Assembly (NCBI GenBank): GCA_037190965.1
Contig: JBBCKI010000010.1
Span: forward strand, 32,001 to 96,000
DNA from: Chthoniobacteraceae bacterium
GTDB taxonomy: Bacteria > Verrucomicrobiota > Verrucomicrobiia > Chthoniobacterales > Chthoniobacteraceae
Length of the DNA stretch: 64,000 bases
Direction: 5' to 3'
Shown in pieces: positions 40,504 through 50,487 of this stretch. Made by a program: the position numbers and the translations under genes. Position 1 is the stretch's first letter; every line of letters starts with the position of its first letter. The notes under the pieces were generated by a model. That model ran no database searches. It saw nothing but the letters and a program-made list of their open reading frames with translations, and was not told the origin of the DNA.

Positions 40504-41360
40504 CCGGCCTGGAAAAAATCGCGTTGGGGACTTGCGCCTGGAGTTATGCCGACTGGCGAGGCGTCTTCTATCCCGAAAAGCTCTCCCAGGCGCGGCTGCT
40601 CGATTGGTACTCGCGCACTTTCAAGGCGGTCGAGGTCGATTCCACCTTTTATCACGCCCCTTCCGCCCGTTCGTCAGAGCATTGGCTGGAGACCACCCCG
40701 GAGGACTTCACGTTCACGGTGAAGCTGACGCGCGCCATCACGCATGAACACCGGCTGCGCGATAGCGAAGGGCTGCTGGCCAATTTCCTCGAAGGGCTGG
40801 AGCCCCTGAGGCCCAAGGTCGGGTGCGTGCTTATCCAGTTACCCGCCTCGTTCAAACCCGCTCACGACGAAGACGCGCTGCGCCGTTTTGTCGCCGGGCT
40901 CCCGCGTGACTGGCGCTTTGCCATTGAATTTCGCGACCACGGGTGGCGTCTCCCAAGGGTGGTTCACCGGCTTCAGGACTATGGGGTGGCCTGGGCCTGG
41001 ACGGACACCGAGCCGTTTTCACACGAGGCAGAAGGAGCTTTTGAATGGCTGCCGTTGACCGCTGATTTTCTTTACATCCGGCTGTTGGGCGACTTGAAGA
41101 CGAAGTTCCGATCTGACGGAACCCGGCAGATTGAGCGATACGATCATCTCCGCTGGCCGCGCGACCGCTCCATTGAAAACTGGAGCGTGAAGATCCGGCA
41201 TCATCTTGAGGAGAGCCGCCGCGTGTTTCTCTTTGCGGCCAATCACTTCGAGGGATGTTCTCCGCTGACGGCAGAACGACTGGCGCGTTCGCTGGGGCTG
41301 CCTTTGGAACTTCCGTCTTTGGAGACAAAAGGGAGTGATCCTCAGCTTGATCTTTTTTAA
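40500..41360 (+). CDS. DUF72 (YecE-like) protein
   Basis: GTCAWSYADWRGVFYP, VEVDSTFY, QLPASF, AIEFR. Confidence 0.9.
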   Translation: MTGLEKIALGTCAWSYADWRGVFYPEKLSQARLLDWYSRTFKAVEVDSTFYHAPSARSSEHWLETTPEDFTFTVKLTRAITHEHRLRDSEGLLANFLEGLEPLRPKVGCVLIQLPASFKPAHDEDALRRFVAGLPRDWRFAIEFRDHGWRLPRVVHRLQDYGVAWAWTDTEPFSHEAEGAFEWLPLTADFLYIRLLGDLKTKFRSDGTRQIERYDHLRWPRDRSIENWSVKIRHHLEESRRVFLFAANHFEGCSPLTAERLARSLGLPLELPSLETKGSDPQLDLF

Positions 41361-41511
41361 CCTGAATTCCGCAGTTCCTCGCGGCAATTCCGCTTCTCAT
41401 TTTCCTGTTTCATGTGACGCGGTCGTCCAGGCGTCTGCCTGATTCGTGACAAAAATTGCCCGGTTTATAAAATTTTTATTTCAAACCCAAATTTGTGTTC
41501 CAAACAGGGGG

Positions 41512-42339
41512 ATGCTCAAACGCTTGTTTCCGAACCTTGTTGGTGCGCTTTGTTTTTGCGTCTCTGTATCCACGCTTTCCGCGGGAGAGATCTTTAGTGA
41601 TGATTTTTCCGACAACAACCGCACTGGTTGGTGGAGTTCGTCAACATCGGGCGGAATTGATGCTTCGGGCGGCTTTCTGGCCGTGACCGCCGGTCGCAGT
41701 GTGCAGACGTCTTTCGCGCCGGTGGATTTGAGCCTGGGCCAATCCATTTCCTTGCAGTTCCAGGTTTCGTTTAGCGCGCCTGCCGGTTCAACCAGCGGCG
41801 GCTTCCGCTTCGGTCTGTTCGATTCCAATGGGGCCACTGCGCCTTCGGAAGATGGCAACACATTTTACCTGGCTTATGACGGCATCATCGTGGCTACGAA
41901 TCCGGGGGCCACTTCGGGGTCGCCGGCGTCGTTTCGGTACCGTACCCCGAACCTGGCGGTGAGCGGTTCCAGTGCCCTGATGACGACGACGACAGGCGTT
42001 TACACGACCATCGGTTCCAACGGGGCTACGGCGGTCACGTTTCCCTCAAGCACTCTTTTGAACGTGGATTTTACGGCGTTGCGAACGGAGACGGGGTTGA
42101 ACCTTTCCTTTACAATCAAGAATGGGCTCACGCTGTTGCAAAGTTACTCAATCGCTTACAACTCGCCGACGACTTTTCATTTCGACATGTTAGGGATCAG
42201 TGGATCCACTGACTTGGGGGCCTTTAACATCGATAACGTCAGCGTTCAGGCCGTGCCCGAGCCCTCGACGGTGACTTTGATTGCAGGCGGCCTCTGCCTC
42301 GCTGCCATCGGTGCACTGCGCCGGTATCGGCAAGGTTGA
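41512..42339 (+). CDS. PEP-CTERM surface protein, Ser/Thr-rich
   Basis: Signal peptide, FSDDFSD, C-terminal IDNVSVQAVPEPST + TM helix + RRYR. Confidence 0.88.
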   Translation: MLKRLFPNLVGALCFCVSVSTLSAGEIFSDDFSDNNRTGWWSSSTSGGIDASGGFLAVTAGRSVQTSFAPVDLSLGQSISLQFQVSFSAPAGSTSGGFRFGLFDSNGATAPSEDGNTFYLAYDGIIVATNPGATSGSPASFRYRTPNLAVSGSSALMTTTTGVYTTIGSNGATAVTFPSSTLLNVDFTALRTETGLNLSFTIKNGLTLLQSYSIAYNSPTTFHFDMLGISGSTDLGAFNIDNVSVQAVPEPSTVTLIAGGLCLAAIGALRRYRQG

Positions 42340-42378
42340 CCCGGGTGCCGTGAAGACGCTCCGGCGCGCTGTTCCGTC

Positions 42379-42789
42379 TTATTCCCAGGTCTTCCCCCGG
42401 GGGATGAAATCCAGCGACACCGAGTTGATGCAATACCGGAGACGCGTCGGCGGAGGGCCGTCCTCGAAGACATGCCCGAGGTGACCGCCGCACCGGGCGC
42501 AATGGACTTCCACACGGCGCATCCCGTGGCTGGTGTCGACTTTTGTGCCGACCTTCGTTTTGTCGATGGCGTCGTAGAAGCTTGGCCAGCCGGTGCCGGA
42601 ATTGAACTTCGTGTCCGAATCGAACAAAGGATTTCCACATCCCGAGCAGTGGAAAACGCCTTCGCCGTGGACATCCCAGTATTCCCCCGTAAAGGCGCAC
42701 TCGGTCGCGCTCTCGCGCAGGACCTTGTATTGGTCGGGCGTCAGGATTCTGCGCCACTCTTCCTCGGATTTGACGATTTTTTCGCTCAT
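42379..42789 (-). CDS. msrB: Peptide methionine sulfoxide reductase MsrB
   Basis: GTGWPSF, GHLGHVFEDGP, RYCINS, two CxxC. Confidence 0.97.
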   Translation of the reverse strand: MSEKIVKSEEEWRRILTPDQYKVLRESATECAFTGEYWDVHGEGVFHCSGCGNPLFDSDTKFNSGTGWPSFYDAIDKTKVGTKVDTSHGMRRVEVHCARCGGHLGHVFEDGPPPTRLRYCINSVSLDFIPRGKTWE

Positions 42790-42801
42790 GGCATGAATCG
42801 T

Positions 42802-43917
42802 TCAGCGTTTCCCAAGAGCATCCACCGCATCGCGGATCTCTTCAAGCGTGATCTCCCGGGAGACAAACGCTTCTCCCAGCCGGGGGCAGAGCACGAAGCG
42901 GACTTCGCCCGCCGCGAATTTTTTGTCGGTTTGCAGGGCTGCCATCACCCGGTCGGTCGGAATCTCCCCATCAAGGGTTAACGGAAGGCCAAAATGTGTC
43001 AGGCGGTCGAGAATGAGCTGGTTGTCTTCGGGCGATAAGCCCGCCTTTGCCATGGAGAGACGGCATGCGGCCACGAGCCCGAGGCTGATGGCTTCCCCAT
43101 GCAGAAAACGTCCATACCCGGCGGCATTTTCGATCCCGTGGCCCACCGTGTGGCCGAAGTTGAGCAAGGCCCGTTCTCCAGTCGTCTCGTGTTCGTCAGC
43201 CGCCACGATGGCCGCCTTGATCGCGACATTGCGCCGGACGATCTCCGCCAGCGGCCCCGGTTGGAATTGCAGGTTTGGCGTCACGATGGCGTCGAGGAGC
43301 GAACGGTCGCGGATCGCTCCGTGTTTGATGATCTCCGCAAAGCCTTCGTTGAACTCGCGGGGAGGCAGGGAACGGAGCGTCGCCACGTCGGCGAGCACAA
43401 GGCGGGGTTGATGGAAGGCCCCGATCAAGTTTTTTCCATGCGCCGCGTTGACCCCTGTCTTTCCGCCCACGGCGCTGTCCACTTGGGCGATCACCGTGGT
43501 CGGGATCTGAACGAAGGGGAGGCCGCGGTAGTAAATCGCGGCCACAAACCCGGCCAGATCGCCCACGACGCCGCCGCCCAGCGCGACGACCCACGATTTC
43601 CGGTCCAACCCGGCGGCGATCATTTCGTCGCAAACTTTCTCTGCCGTCGCCATGCTCTTGGAACTTTCTCCCGCAGGCACGGTGATCAGGGTGGGGGAGA
43701 ACCCCGCCCCGCGAAGGGCGGCCAGGACCGTCTCGCCATAGAGCGGGCCCACATTGCTGTCGGTCACCACCGCGCAACGCGCTCCGAAGCCAAATCCGGA
43801 AACCTGCTCGCCAAGGCTCCCTAGAAGGCCCTCCCCGACAAGCACCCGGTAGGAACGGTTGCCAAGGGAGACTTCGACGGATTGGGAGACGGGTGCGGAG
43901 GGTGCTTGCGAACTCAT
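42802..43917 (-). CDS. aroB: 3-dehydroquinate synthase
   Basis: GGGVVGDLAGF, DSAVGGKTGVN, LNFGHTVGH, HGEAI; start placed at ATG 43917. Confidence 0.97.
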   Translation of the reverse strand: MSSQAPSAPVSQSVEVSLGNRSYRVLVGEGLLGSLGEQVSGFGFGARCAVVTDSNVGPLYGETVLAALRGAGFSPTLITVPAGESSKSMATAEKVCDEMIAAGLDRKSWVVALGGGVVGDLAGFVAAIYYRGLPFVQIPTTVIAQVDSAVGGKTGVNAAHGKNLIGAFHQPRLVLADVATLRSLPPREFNEGFAEIIKHGAIRDRSLLDAIVTPNLQFQPGPLAEIVRRNVAIKAAIVAADEHETTGERALLNFGHTVGHGIENAAGYGRFLHGEAISLGLVAACRLSMAKAGLSPEDNQLILDRLTHFGLPLTLDGEIPTDRVMAALQTDKKFAAGEVRFVLCPRLGEAFVSREITLEEIRDAVDALGKR

Positions 43918-44015
43918 GGGAACGCTCAGGTATAGAGAACGGTCCGGCGAGGATCGAACCTTTTTTGGACCCCGGAATACTGGACGCCGGGTCCGTAATG
44001 CCGTAGTATAACGGC

Positions 44016-44468
44016 ATGCCGGAGACGCCTGAAAGACCTGGTGATCTGGAAACCCCGGATCCTGCTTCCGGAAAAGCAACCTCCGCTTTCCCGTCTGAGA
44101 TCGCCGCAGGGATCGCCTGCGTTTTCCCGCTCGTGGGTGGCGTCGTTATGCTGCTTCTGGAGCGTCGGAACCGGTTCGTCCGTTTTTACTCCATTCAATC
44201 CATCCTGCTTGCCACGATATGGATCGTCAGTTGGGTTGCCGCCGTCATCGCGATGTGGATCTTCCGGACGATTCCTTTTATTGGATCGCCGTTAGCCGGC
44301 CTTCTCTGGTTCTTTTGGGGCCTCGTCGGCCTTGTGTTTTTCGTGGTATGGCTGGTGCAACTCATCAAAGCCTTTACCGGGACGAAATGGGAGATCCCGT
44401 ACCTCGGCGATATGGCCAATGACTTTTTGGAGAGCGACGGCCAATCTCATCCGACTGCGGAGCAGTAA
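44016..44468 (+). CDS. DUF4870-like small membrane protein
   Basis: FVRFYSIQS, KAFTG..WEIPYLG. Confidence 0.8.
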   Translation: MPETPERPGDLETPDPASGKATSAFPSEIAAGIACVFPLVGGVVMLLLERRNRFVRFYSIQSILLATIWIVSWVAAVIAMWIFRTIPFIGSPLAGLLWFFWGLVGLVFFVVWLVQLIKAFTGTKWEIPYLGDMANDFLESDGQSHPTAEQ

Positions 44469-44627
44469 GGTAGTCCGCTCGCGCCGCCGAGCGCGGAGCA
44501 CGACTCCTGTTGCTTGATAAGGTTACATCCCCATACCAGCAGTCTTTCCTGGGGATGAATGTCAACCTCGCCTCGGAATCCTATCCCGCGCTCTCGGCGA
44601 GAGCGGGCTACCGGTGCTGGCGCACCA
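44469..44627. repeat. REPIN-like REP doublet, copy G (core inverted relative to tail)
   Basis: GGTAGTCCGCTCGCGCCGCCGAGCGCGG ... CCCGCGCTCTCGGCGAGAGCGGGCTACC + GGTGCTGGCGCACCA. Confidence 0.85.
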
Positions 44628-44699
44628 ATTTCGTACCCTGTTGGATCGATGTTTCACTGAAGGGTTGAGCCATCGCGCTCTTTTGCCGATGATCTTGGG

Positions 44700-47234
44700 A
44701 TGAATCGTCGCGACCTGCCTATTTTTGAACTCGAGCCCGCCCTTGTCGACGCCCTGCGGCGCGATTCGGGGGCGCGGGTCGTGCTTCAGGCTCCGACCGG
44801 CTCGGGGAAATCGACGCAGACGCCGCAGATGCTGCTCGATCACGGTCTGCTCGGCGCGGGCGAGGTGGTGGTGCTTCAGCCCCGGCGGCTTGCGACGCGG
44901 ATGCTTGCCGCGCGCGTGGCTCAGGAACGCGGGTGCCGGTTGGGCGATGAGGTCGGCTTCCAGATCCGCTTTGACAAGGTGACTTCCGCCAAAACGCGCA
45001 TTCGTTTTGTGACCGAAGGGGTGCTGCTGCGGCAAATGCTTTCCGACCCCGGCCTGCGCGGTGTTTCCGCCATTCTTTTTGACGAGTTCCACGAACGCCA
45101 TCTCTACGGCGACATCACGCTGGCGCGCGCTTTGGACCTTCAGGCCGCGCGGCGGCCCGATCTCAAGCTCGTCGTGATGTCGGCGACCCTTGATACGGCG
45201 GCTCTGGAGCGTTATCTCGCGCCGTGCGAAGTGTTGCAATCCCAGGGGCGCACCTATCCGGTGGAAACCCGCTATCTCGCGCGTCCGGCAAAGCCGGATC
45301 AAACCGCCGTCTGGGATCTTGCCGCCGAGGAGTTGGAGAAACTCGCCCGGGAGACAGAAGGCGACGTGCTCATTTTCATGCCGGGCGCTTATGAAATCTC
45401 GCGCACCATCGGGGCAATCCGGCACTCCCGCGTCGGGAGCGATTTTGTGGTGCTTTCGCTTCATGGCGAGCTTTCCGTGGCGGATCAGGATGCCGCCGTA
45501 GCGCGTTATCCAAAGCGGAAAGTCATCGTCTCGACCAACGTTGCGGAAACATCGCTCACCATCGAGGGCGTCCGCGTGGTGATCGACGCGGGGCTTGCAA
45601 AAATCGCCCGGTTCGATCCGTACCGTGGGATCAACACGCTGCTCGTGGAGAAGATCTCGCGAGCCTCCGCGGATCAGCGAGCCGGTCGCGCGGGCCGCAC
45701 CGCCTCCGGGGTTGCCCTTCGGCTTTGGAGCGAACGCGAGCAACTCGACCGATCCGCGCAGGAATTGCCCGAGGTCAAACGCCTCGATCTTGCGGAAGTC
45801 GTGTTGACGCTCAAGGCCAGTGGCGTCGATGACGTCGCCGCTTTCCGATGGCTTGAGCCGCCTGACACCCGTTCGTTGGAGCGCGCGGAGACGGTTCTGC
45901 GGGACCTGGGTGCTTTGGACGTCACCACCGGGGAGATCTCCGGGATCGGGCGGCAGATGCTGGCTTTTCCGCTGCACCCGCGCTATGCCCGGATGCTTCT
46001 TGCCGCGAAAGACTATGGATGCGTGCGCGAGGCGGCGCTGGTGGCCGCGTTGACGCAGGGGCGCAATCTTCTGAGGCGCGGCGGCGACAAGGCGACCGAC
46101 GAAGCGCGGGAGCGGGCGCTGGGCGAGGAGCATACCTCCGATCTTTTCCTGCTCATGCGCGCGTGGCGTCTGGCGGCGGATAATGGTGAAATTGCCCGCT
46201 CCATCGGCGTCAATTCCCTTGCCGCGCGCGAGGCGGGACAACTGGCCGATCAGTTTCTGCGCATTGCCCGCGCAGAGGGGTTGCCGATCTCGGATCTTCC
46301 CGCCGAGCCCGAAGCGGTTGCGAAATGCGTTCTGGCGGGGTTTCCTGACCAGGTCGCCGTGCGGCTGGATGGCGGGACGCTTCGTTGCGCGCTCGTGCAT
46401 GGCAGGAAGGGTGTCCTCGCGCGGGAAAGCGTCGCGCATAAAGCGCCCCTCCTTGTCGTAGGCGAGGTGCGCGAGATCAGCGGCAAGGACGGTGTGCAGA
46501 CGCTTCTCACTCTTGCCACCGCTATTCACGAAGAGTGGTTGCGCGAGTTGTTCCCAGAGGCGTTCTCGCAGCATTTCGAGGTTTTCTACGACAAGACGCT
46601 ACGACGCGTCATGGCGCGGCGGGAGACGCGGTTTCACGATCTCGTTCTTAAATCCGAGCTGACCGACAAAACCCCGCCCGGCGAAGCCGCCGCGTATCTT
46701 GCCCGCGAAGTGCTGGCGGGAAACTGTCCGCTCACCCACTGGGATCATGCCGTCGATCAATGGATCGTCCGCCTCAACCGGCTTCGCGAATGGATGCCGG
46801 AGTTGGAACTCCCCGCGCTCGGCGACGAAGATCGCGCCGCTCTCGTCGAACAGATTTGTTACGGGGCCTCGACTTACAAGGAAATCAAGGAGCGGGCCGT
46901 CTGGCCGGTGGTCAAATCATGGCTCAGTCCGCAGCAGGAGGCGATGCTGGAGAAGTACGCCCCTGAGCGGCTTGAGATGCCCAACGGACGGAAGTTCAAG
47001 ATCGGCTACGAAGAAAAGGGGCAACCTACTATCGCCGTGCGTATTCAGGACCTTTACGGCGTCGAGCAGAGCCTCCCCATTGCCGCCGGGCGTGTTCCCG
47101 TCACCATTCAGGTGCTCGCGCCCAATCATCGACCCATTCAGGTGACCCAGAATCTGGCGACTTTCTGGCGGGAATCCTACCCGGGCATCAAACAGGAATT
47201 GCAGCGCAAATACCCGAAGCACCTGTGGAAATAA
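44700..47234 (+). CDS. hrpB: ATP-dependent helicase HrpB
   Basis: APTGSGKST, QPRRLA, DEFHER, MSATLD, QRAGRAGR, C-terminal YPKHLW. Confidence 0.95.
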   Translation: MNRRDLPIFELEPALVDALRRDSGARVVLQAPTGSGKSTQTPQMLLDHGLLGAGEVVVLQPRRLATRMLAARVAQERGCRLGDEVGFQIRFDKVTSAKTRIRFVTEGVLLRQMLSDPGLRGVSAILFDEFHERHLYGDITLARALDLQAARRPDLKLVVMSATLDTAALERYLAPCEVLQSQGRTYPVETRYLARPAKPDQTAVWDLAAEELEKLARETEGDVLIFMPGAYEISRTIGAIRHSRVGSDFVVLSLHGELSVADQDAAVARYPKRKVIVSTNVAETSLTIEGVRVVIDAGLAKIARFDPYRGINTLLVEKISRASADQRAGRAGRTASGVALRLWSEREQLDRSAQELPEVKRLDLAEVVLTLKASGVDDVAAFRWLEPPDTRSLERAETVLRDLGALDVTTGEISGIGRQMLAFPLHPRYARMLLAAKDYGCVREAALVAALTQGRNLLRRGGDKATDEARERALGEEHTSDLFLLMRAWRLAADNGEIARSIGVNSLAAREAGQLADQFLRIARAEGLPISDLPAEPEAVAKCVLAGFPDQVAVRLDGGTLRCALVHGRKGVLARESVAHKAPLLVVGEVREISGKDGVQTLLTLATAIHEEWLRELFPEAFSQHFEVFYDKTLRRVMARRETRFHDLVLKSELTDKTPPGEAAAYLAREVLAGNCPLTHWDHAVDQWIVRLNRLREWMPELELPALGDEDRAALVEQICYGASTYKEIKERAVWPVVKSWLSPQQEAMLEKYAPERLEMPNGRKFKIGYEEKGQPTIAVRIQDLYGVEQSLPIAAGRVPVTIQVLAPNHRPIQVTQNLATFWRESYPGIKQELQRKYPKHLWK

Positions 47235-47249
47235 ACAGGGGCGAAGGGC

Positions 47250-48323
47250 TCACCGCAGGACGCGCGTGCGCACTGCTTGGACCGGTGCTGCGATAGGCAC
47301 TTCGCGCCATCCCGTGGCATCGAGGAAAATAGTCCGTTCGTGCAGCTTCACGAAAACGCGGGAACAGGCCAGCGATGAGGGCATTGGAATCTTGATCGCG
47401 ACGCAGCGTCCCTGAATCCGGATGGTTGCGTGACGCAACCTTTTGTCCGTTCCTGTATCGCGCAGCCGAATTTTTGCGGAGAGCGGCGGAATGGGGAGTT
47501 GCCAGCGCAGGCTTCCCGATGGGGATTCCGCCGCCACGAAAATGGAGGAGCCCTTCCAGCGTCCGGGAGGGACAGGGATGGAGAGATGGAGCACGCCCCG
47601 TTCAATAAATGCTTCCCGGATCCGGTGGCCATCCAGCAATTCCAGGGCGGGCGAGGGGGCGTGGTAAAGCTCCACCGCTTTCGCATAGGCCACAAAACGT
47701 TTGCGGCTCAGGACCATCTGGGTCTTATGGCAAAGAATCGCGTGGCGTTTTGTGAGTCGCTCTTGCTCGGAGAGCGATAATTTCAGCCGCAGTGGAACGA
47801 GGTCAGGGCGCCGGCAATGAACCAGGTAGTGAAGCTGGCGGGGGCGCGGCGACTCCGCGCGGTCCATGGCAATTGAGAAAAGCACATGCAGCGCGTTATG
47901 GTCGGGATGTAGATCGTGCGGAGAGGGGAACACCAGCAGCGTCGGCTTCCAGTCTTCCAGTTCATGGCAGAGCCGCGTAATGACTTCCGGCTCGGCGTTA
48001 AGGAGTTTGTCGGTCATCCCCTGGTCGGGAAAATTCAGGAAACGGGCGGACCCCGGGGGAAGACCGAGACACTTTATCGCCGCGCGCGCCTCCCGCCGGC
48101 GCATCGCTCCCCATCGCTTGCGTTCGTTCACCCCGACACGCCAGCGGCGTTCCACCCAGCGCTGGGGCCACGGGTTATTATCTCCGTTGGTGGCAAAGAT
48201 GATGCGCACGGCGGCCCCGACCTTGATGGCGTGAAGAATCAACCCGCCCGTGGCCAGCGCCTCGTCGTCGGGATGCGGCGCGATCACCAGAATACGGTCT
48301 TGGCCAGTCAGTTCAACGCTCAT
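47250..48323 (-). CDS. PIG-L/LmbE family de-N-acetylase with C-terminal extension
   Basis: APHPDDE, RRREA, HPDH, HKTQ. Confidence 0.9.
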   Translation of the reverse strand: MSVELTGQDRILVIAPHPDDEALATGGLILHAIKVGAAVRIIFATNGDNNPWPQRWVERRWRVGVNERKRWGAMRRREARAAIKCLGLPPGSARFLNFPDQGMTDKLLNAEPEVITRLCHELEDWKPTLLVFPSPHDLHPDHNALHVLFSIAMDRAESPRPRQLHYLVHCRRPDLVPLRLKLSLSEQERLTKRHAILCHKTQMVLSRKRFVAYAKAVELYHAPSPALELLDGHRIREAFIERGVLHLSIPVPPGRWKGSSIFVAAESPSGSLRWQLPIPPLSAKIRLRDTGTDKRLRHATIRIQGRCVAIKIPMPSSLACSRVFVKLHERTIFLDATGWREVPIAAPVQAVRTRVLR

Positions 48324-48354
48324 CGGGTATCGTCGTTCGTAGGATCCCCCGGGG

Positions 48355-50166
48355 TTACTCTTTCGAAGACGGAACCATTTTGTTCCGTCTTTTTGAAGAG
48401 TTGAAAGGGTTCGTTGAAATTCTTTTCCCGCGGATTTTTTGCTTCGGGATATAATTGAAAGGGGAGAAACCGGCTTCCCGGGCTTTCACCCATACCACGG
48501 CGACAGGCCCTTGCCCTTCCTCTTCGGGGATGAATTGATAAGTCCCGGGCTTGAGATAGATAGTCCCTTCGATGGATTTGCCGTCAAGAACGCCTTTCAT
48601 CGGTCCTTGAGGTGAGACAAACTCATACTCGGCGGCAAGTTCCAGGGTAAAGGGACGCGATTGGGAGTCGGTTTTCTCCGGCAGCATCCGGCCCGCTACG
48701 AGGATATCTGTGTGGACCCGGATGTAGGAGGAGTCTTTCAGCCATTTGAGATGCTCTTGGGGGATGCGATTGTCGGAGATCATCAAAGTATTCGTCCTGA
48801 GACAATCCTCCTCGATGGTGTTCGCAATAAGTCCGCGTTTGAGCCGAATAAGCGTGACGCGCTCCAGTACATGATAAAATGGCCGCCGACGGAAGATCGT
48901 TTCTCCTTTGGCGTCCATCACGTAATCGGAGGGACCTGTCAGCTTGAGCTTTGGGGTCAGATTTTCGGCAAAAGCTTTCAGGGAATTACCCTCAAGCCCC
49001 CAGATATCGAGCGAACGGTCTATCTCGTATCCGCAAACGGCTAAGGGGATCACCAGGGCCGCGCCGACCAGGCTCGCGCCTGCAAAGCGGGGGCCATTCC
49101 GGAGCCGGGCGGTTCCCGCTTTCCTCAGACGTCCGGCAATCCCCATTACCAACGGAGCGAGCGAGATGAACAGCGGCGGGGCGATTGAAGCGAAATCCTG
49201 GCGTGTCACCAGGGGCCAGTAGGCCATCAATAAAGCCAGGCTGAAAAATGCCCCCATCAGCGCGATGGCCCGCCTCGTCCCTGTTTCGACGGTGGGGGCC
49301 GAGTGATAGAATGCCCAGCCGCAGGCAACGACGATGGGAAAAAGCAGCGGAAAGTTCCAGCGGGTGAAGTGCCCCTTGCTTTTGAGGGGAATCATATTGT
49401 GCTCGAAGATCCCGTAGCGGAATTCATCCAACGCGTCATTGAGCGCCAGGTAGCCCGTTAAGATTAACGGGATAACCAGCGCTCCGCCAAGGCCTGCGAG
49501 GAGATTCCACCCACTTTCGCGCAGGAGAGCCCGGTCTCCCGTCAGGATCCGGGCTCCGAGCACCAGCGCCGCCGCCAGTATCAACGAGAGCAGGAGGAGC
49601 GAGGTCTTCAGCGAGACGCAAAAGGAAGCCCCAAGCATCAACCCCGCGACAAACGAGCGGCTGGGAGTGAGTCTCCCGGTCAGCAGCAGCGCCAGGGTGC
49701 CGAACCAGCAGAGCGCCCATAAATTATCGGTGCGAAACTCCGTCGAGATCAGCAGATAGAAAGGGCATAGCCCCGCGAATAGAGCCGCCCAGACGCCCGC
49801 GCGATGGGTATAGAGGCGAGCCGTGATCCAGTAGATGCAACCTAGGCTGGCGGCGGAGATCGGCACCATTGCCAGGCGCATCGGGTATAGAATATCGGCT
49901 CGCTCCCCCAGCCATCCCACCAGTGGGGAAATGAGCATATGGAAAAGCGGCGTGTGATTATCGAAAACGTCCCGGTAATGCACCAGCCCCTGCGTCCAGG
50001 CCCACGCCAGATGCAGGTGTTGCGGCTCATCCGGGTTGACCGGTAGCGAGGTGAGGTAGCGTGCCTTGAGAAAGATCAGCAATAAAAAGCCAAGCGCCGC
50101 CAGGCTCCATTCGGCAATTCTGGCGAAATGGGTTCGCTCAACTCGAAGCAAAGGTGCGTGAGGCAT
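48355..50166 (-). CDS. Polytopic GT-C fold (ArnT/PMT-like) glycosyltransferase
   Basis: NPDEPQH after TM1, YRDVFDNHTP, EFRTD, K after a TM helix; about 11 TM helices plus a soluble C-terminal domain. Confidence 0.75.
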   Translation of the reverse strand: MPHAPLLRVERTHFARIAEWSLAALGFLLLIFLKARYLTSLPVNPDEPQHLHLAWAWTQGLVHYRDVFDNHTPLFHMLISPLVGWLGERADILYPMRLAMVPISAASLGCIYWITARLYTHRAGVWAALFAGLCPFYLLISTEFRTDNLWALCWFGTLALLLTGRLTPSRSFVAGLMLGASFCVSLKTSLLLLSLILAAALVLGARILTGDRALLRESGWNLLAGLGGALVIPLILTGYLALNDALDEFRYGIFEHNMIPLKSKGHFTRWNFPLLFPIVVACGWAFYHSAPTVETGTRRAIALMGAFFSLALLMAYWPLVTRQDFASIAPPLFISLAPLVMGIAGRLRKAGTARLRNGPRFAGASLVGAALVIPLAVCGYEIDRSLDIWGLEGNSLKAFAENLTPKLKLTGPSDYVMDAKGETIFRRRPFYHVLERVTLIRLKRGLIANTIEEDCLRTNTLMISDNRIPQEHLKWLKDSSYIRVHTDILVAGRMLPEKTDSQSRPFTLELAAEYEFVSPQGPMKGVLDGKSIEGTIYLKPGTYQFIPEEEGQGPVAVVWVKAREAGFSPFNYIPKQKIRGKRISTNPFNSSKRRNKMVPSSKE

Positions 50167-50324
50167 CGAAAATCAGAGGGCGTCGTGCCTCGACCATAAG
50201 TATAGATAACACCGTGTAATGGGCGCAAGTGATAAACAGCCTGGGTTTTGTTGCCTGTTTTATGGTTGTAAGCGTATGCGGTGTAGGTGCTTATAACGTA
50301 TTGAGGGGCCCACGCCATTTTTCT

Positions 50325-50429
50325 GCCGAGCGCGAGGTTAGGCTCCCGTGGCTTGGCGCGGGCGGTATTCCAACACCAGTAGCCCGTCCGGCGCGGATCG
50401 ATCCCGCGCTCTCGGTAAGAGCGGGCTAC
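50325..50429 (-). repeat. REPIN-like doublet, copy H (degenerate, internally deleted)
   Basis: GCCGAGCGCG...GGCTCCCGTGGCTT...CCCGCGCTCTCGGTAAGAGCGGGCTAC. Confidence 0.75.
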
Positions 50430-50487
50430 TCTTGCCGTCCCTCAGATCCGATCATTTCTCTTGGCTGCCCTCGGTATTCCCCGCGCG

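Noticed and set aside
22877..44079. N-terminal extensions in the ORF track for cca, frr, moxR, batE, ppk2, the LysM lipoprotein and aroB
   Set aside because: The extensions overlap neighbouring genes or promoters, and family similarity begins at the downstream ATGs used here.
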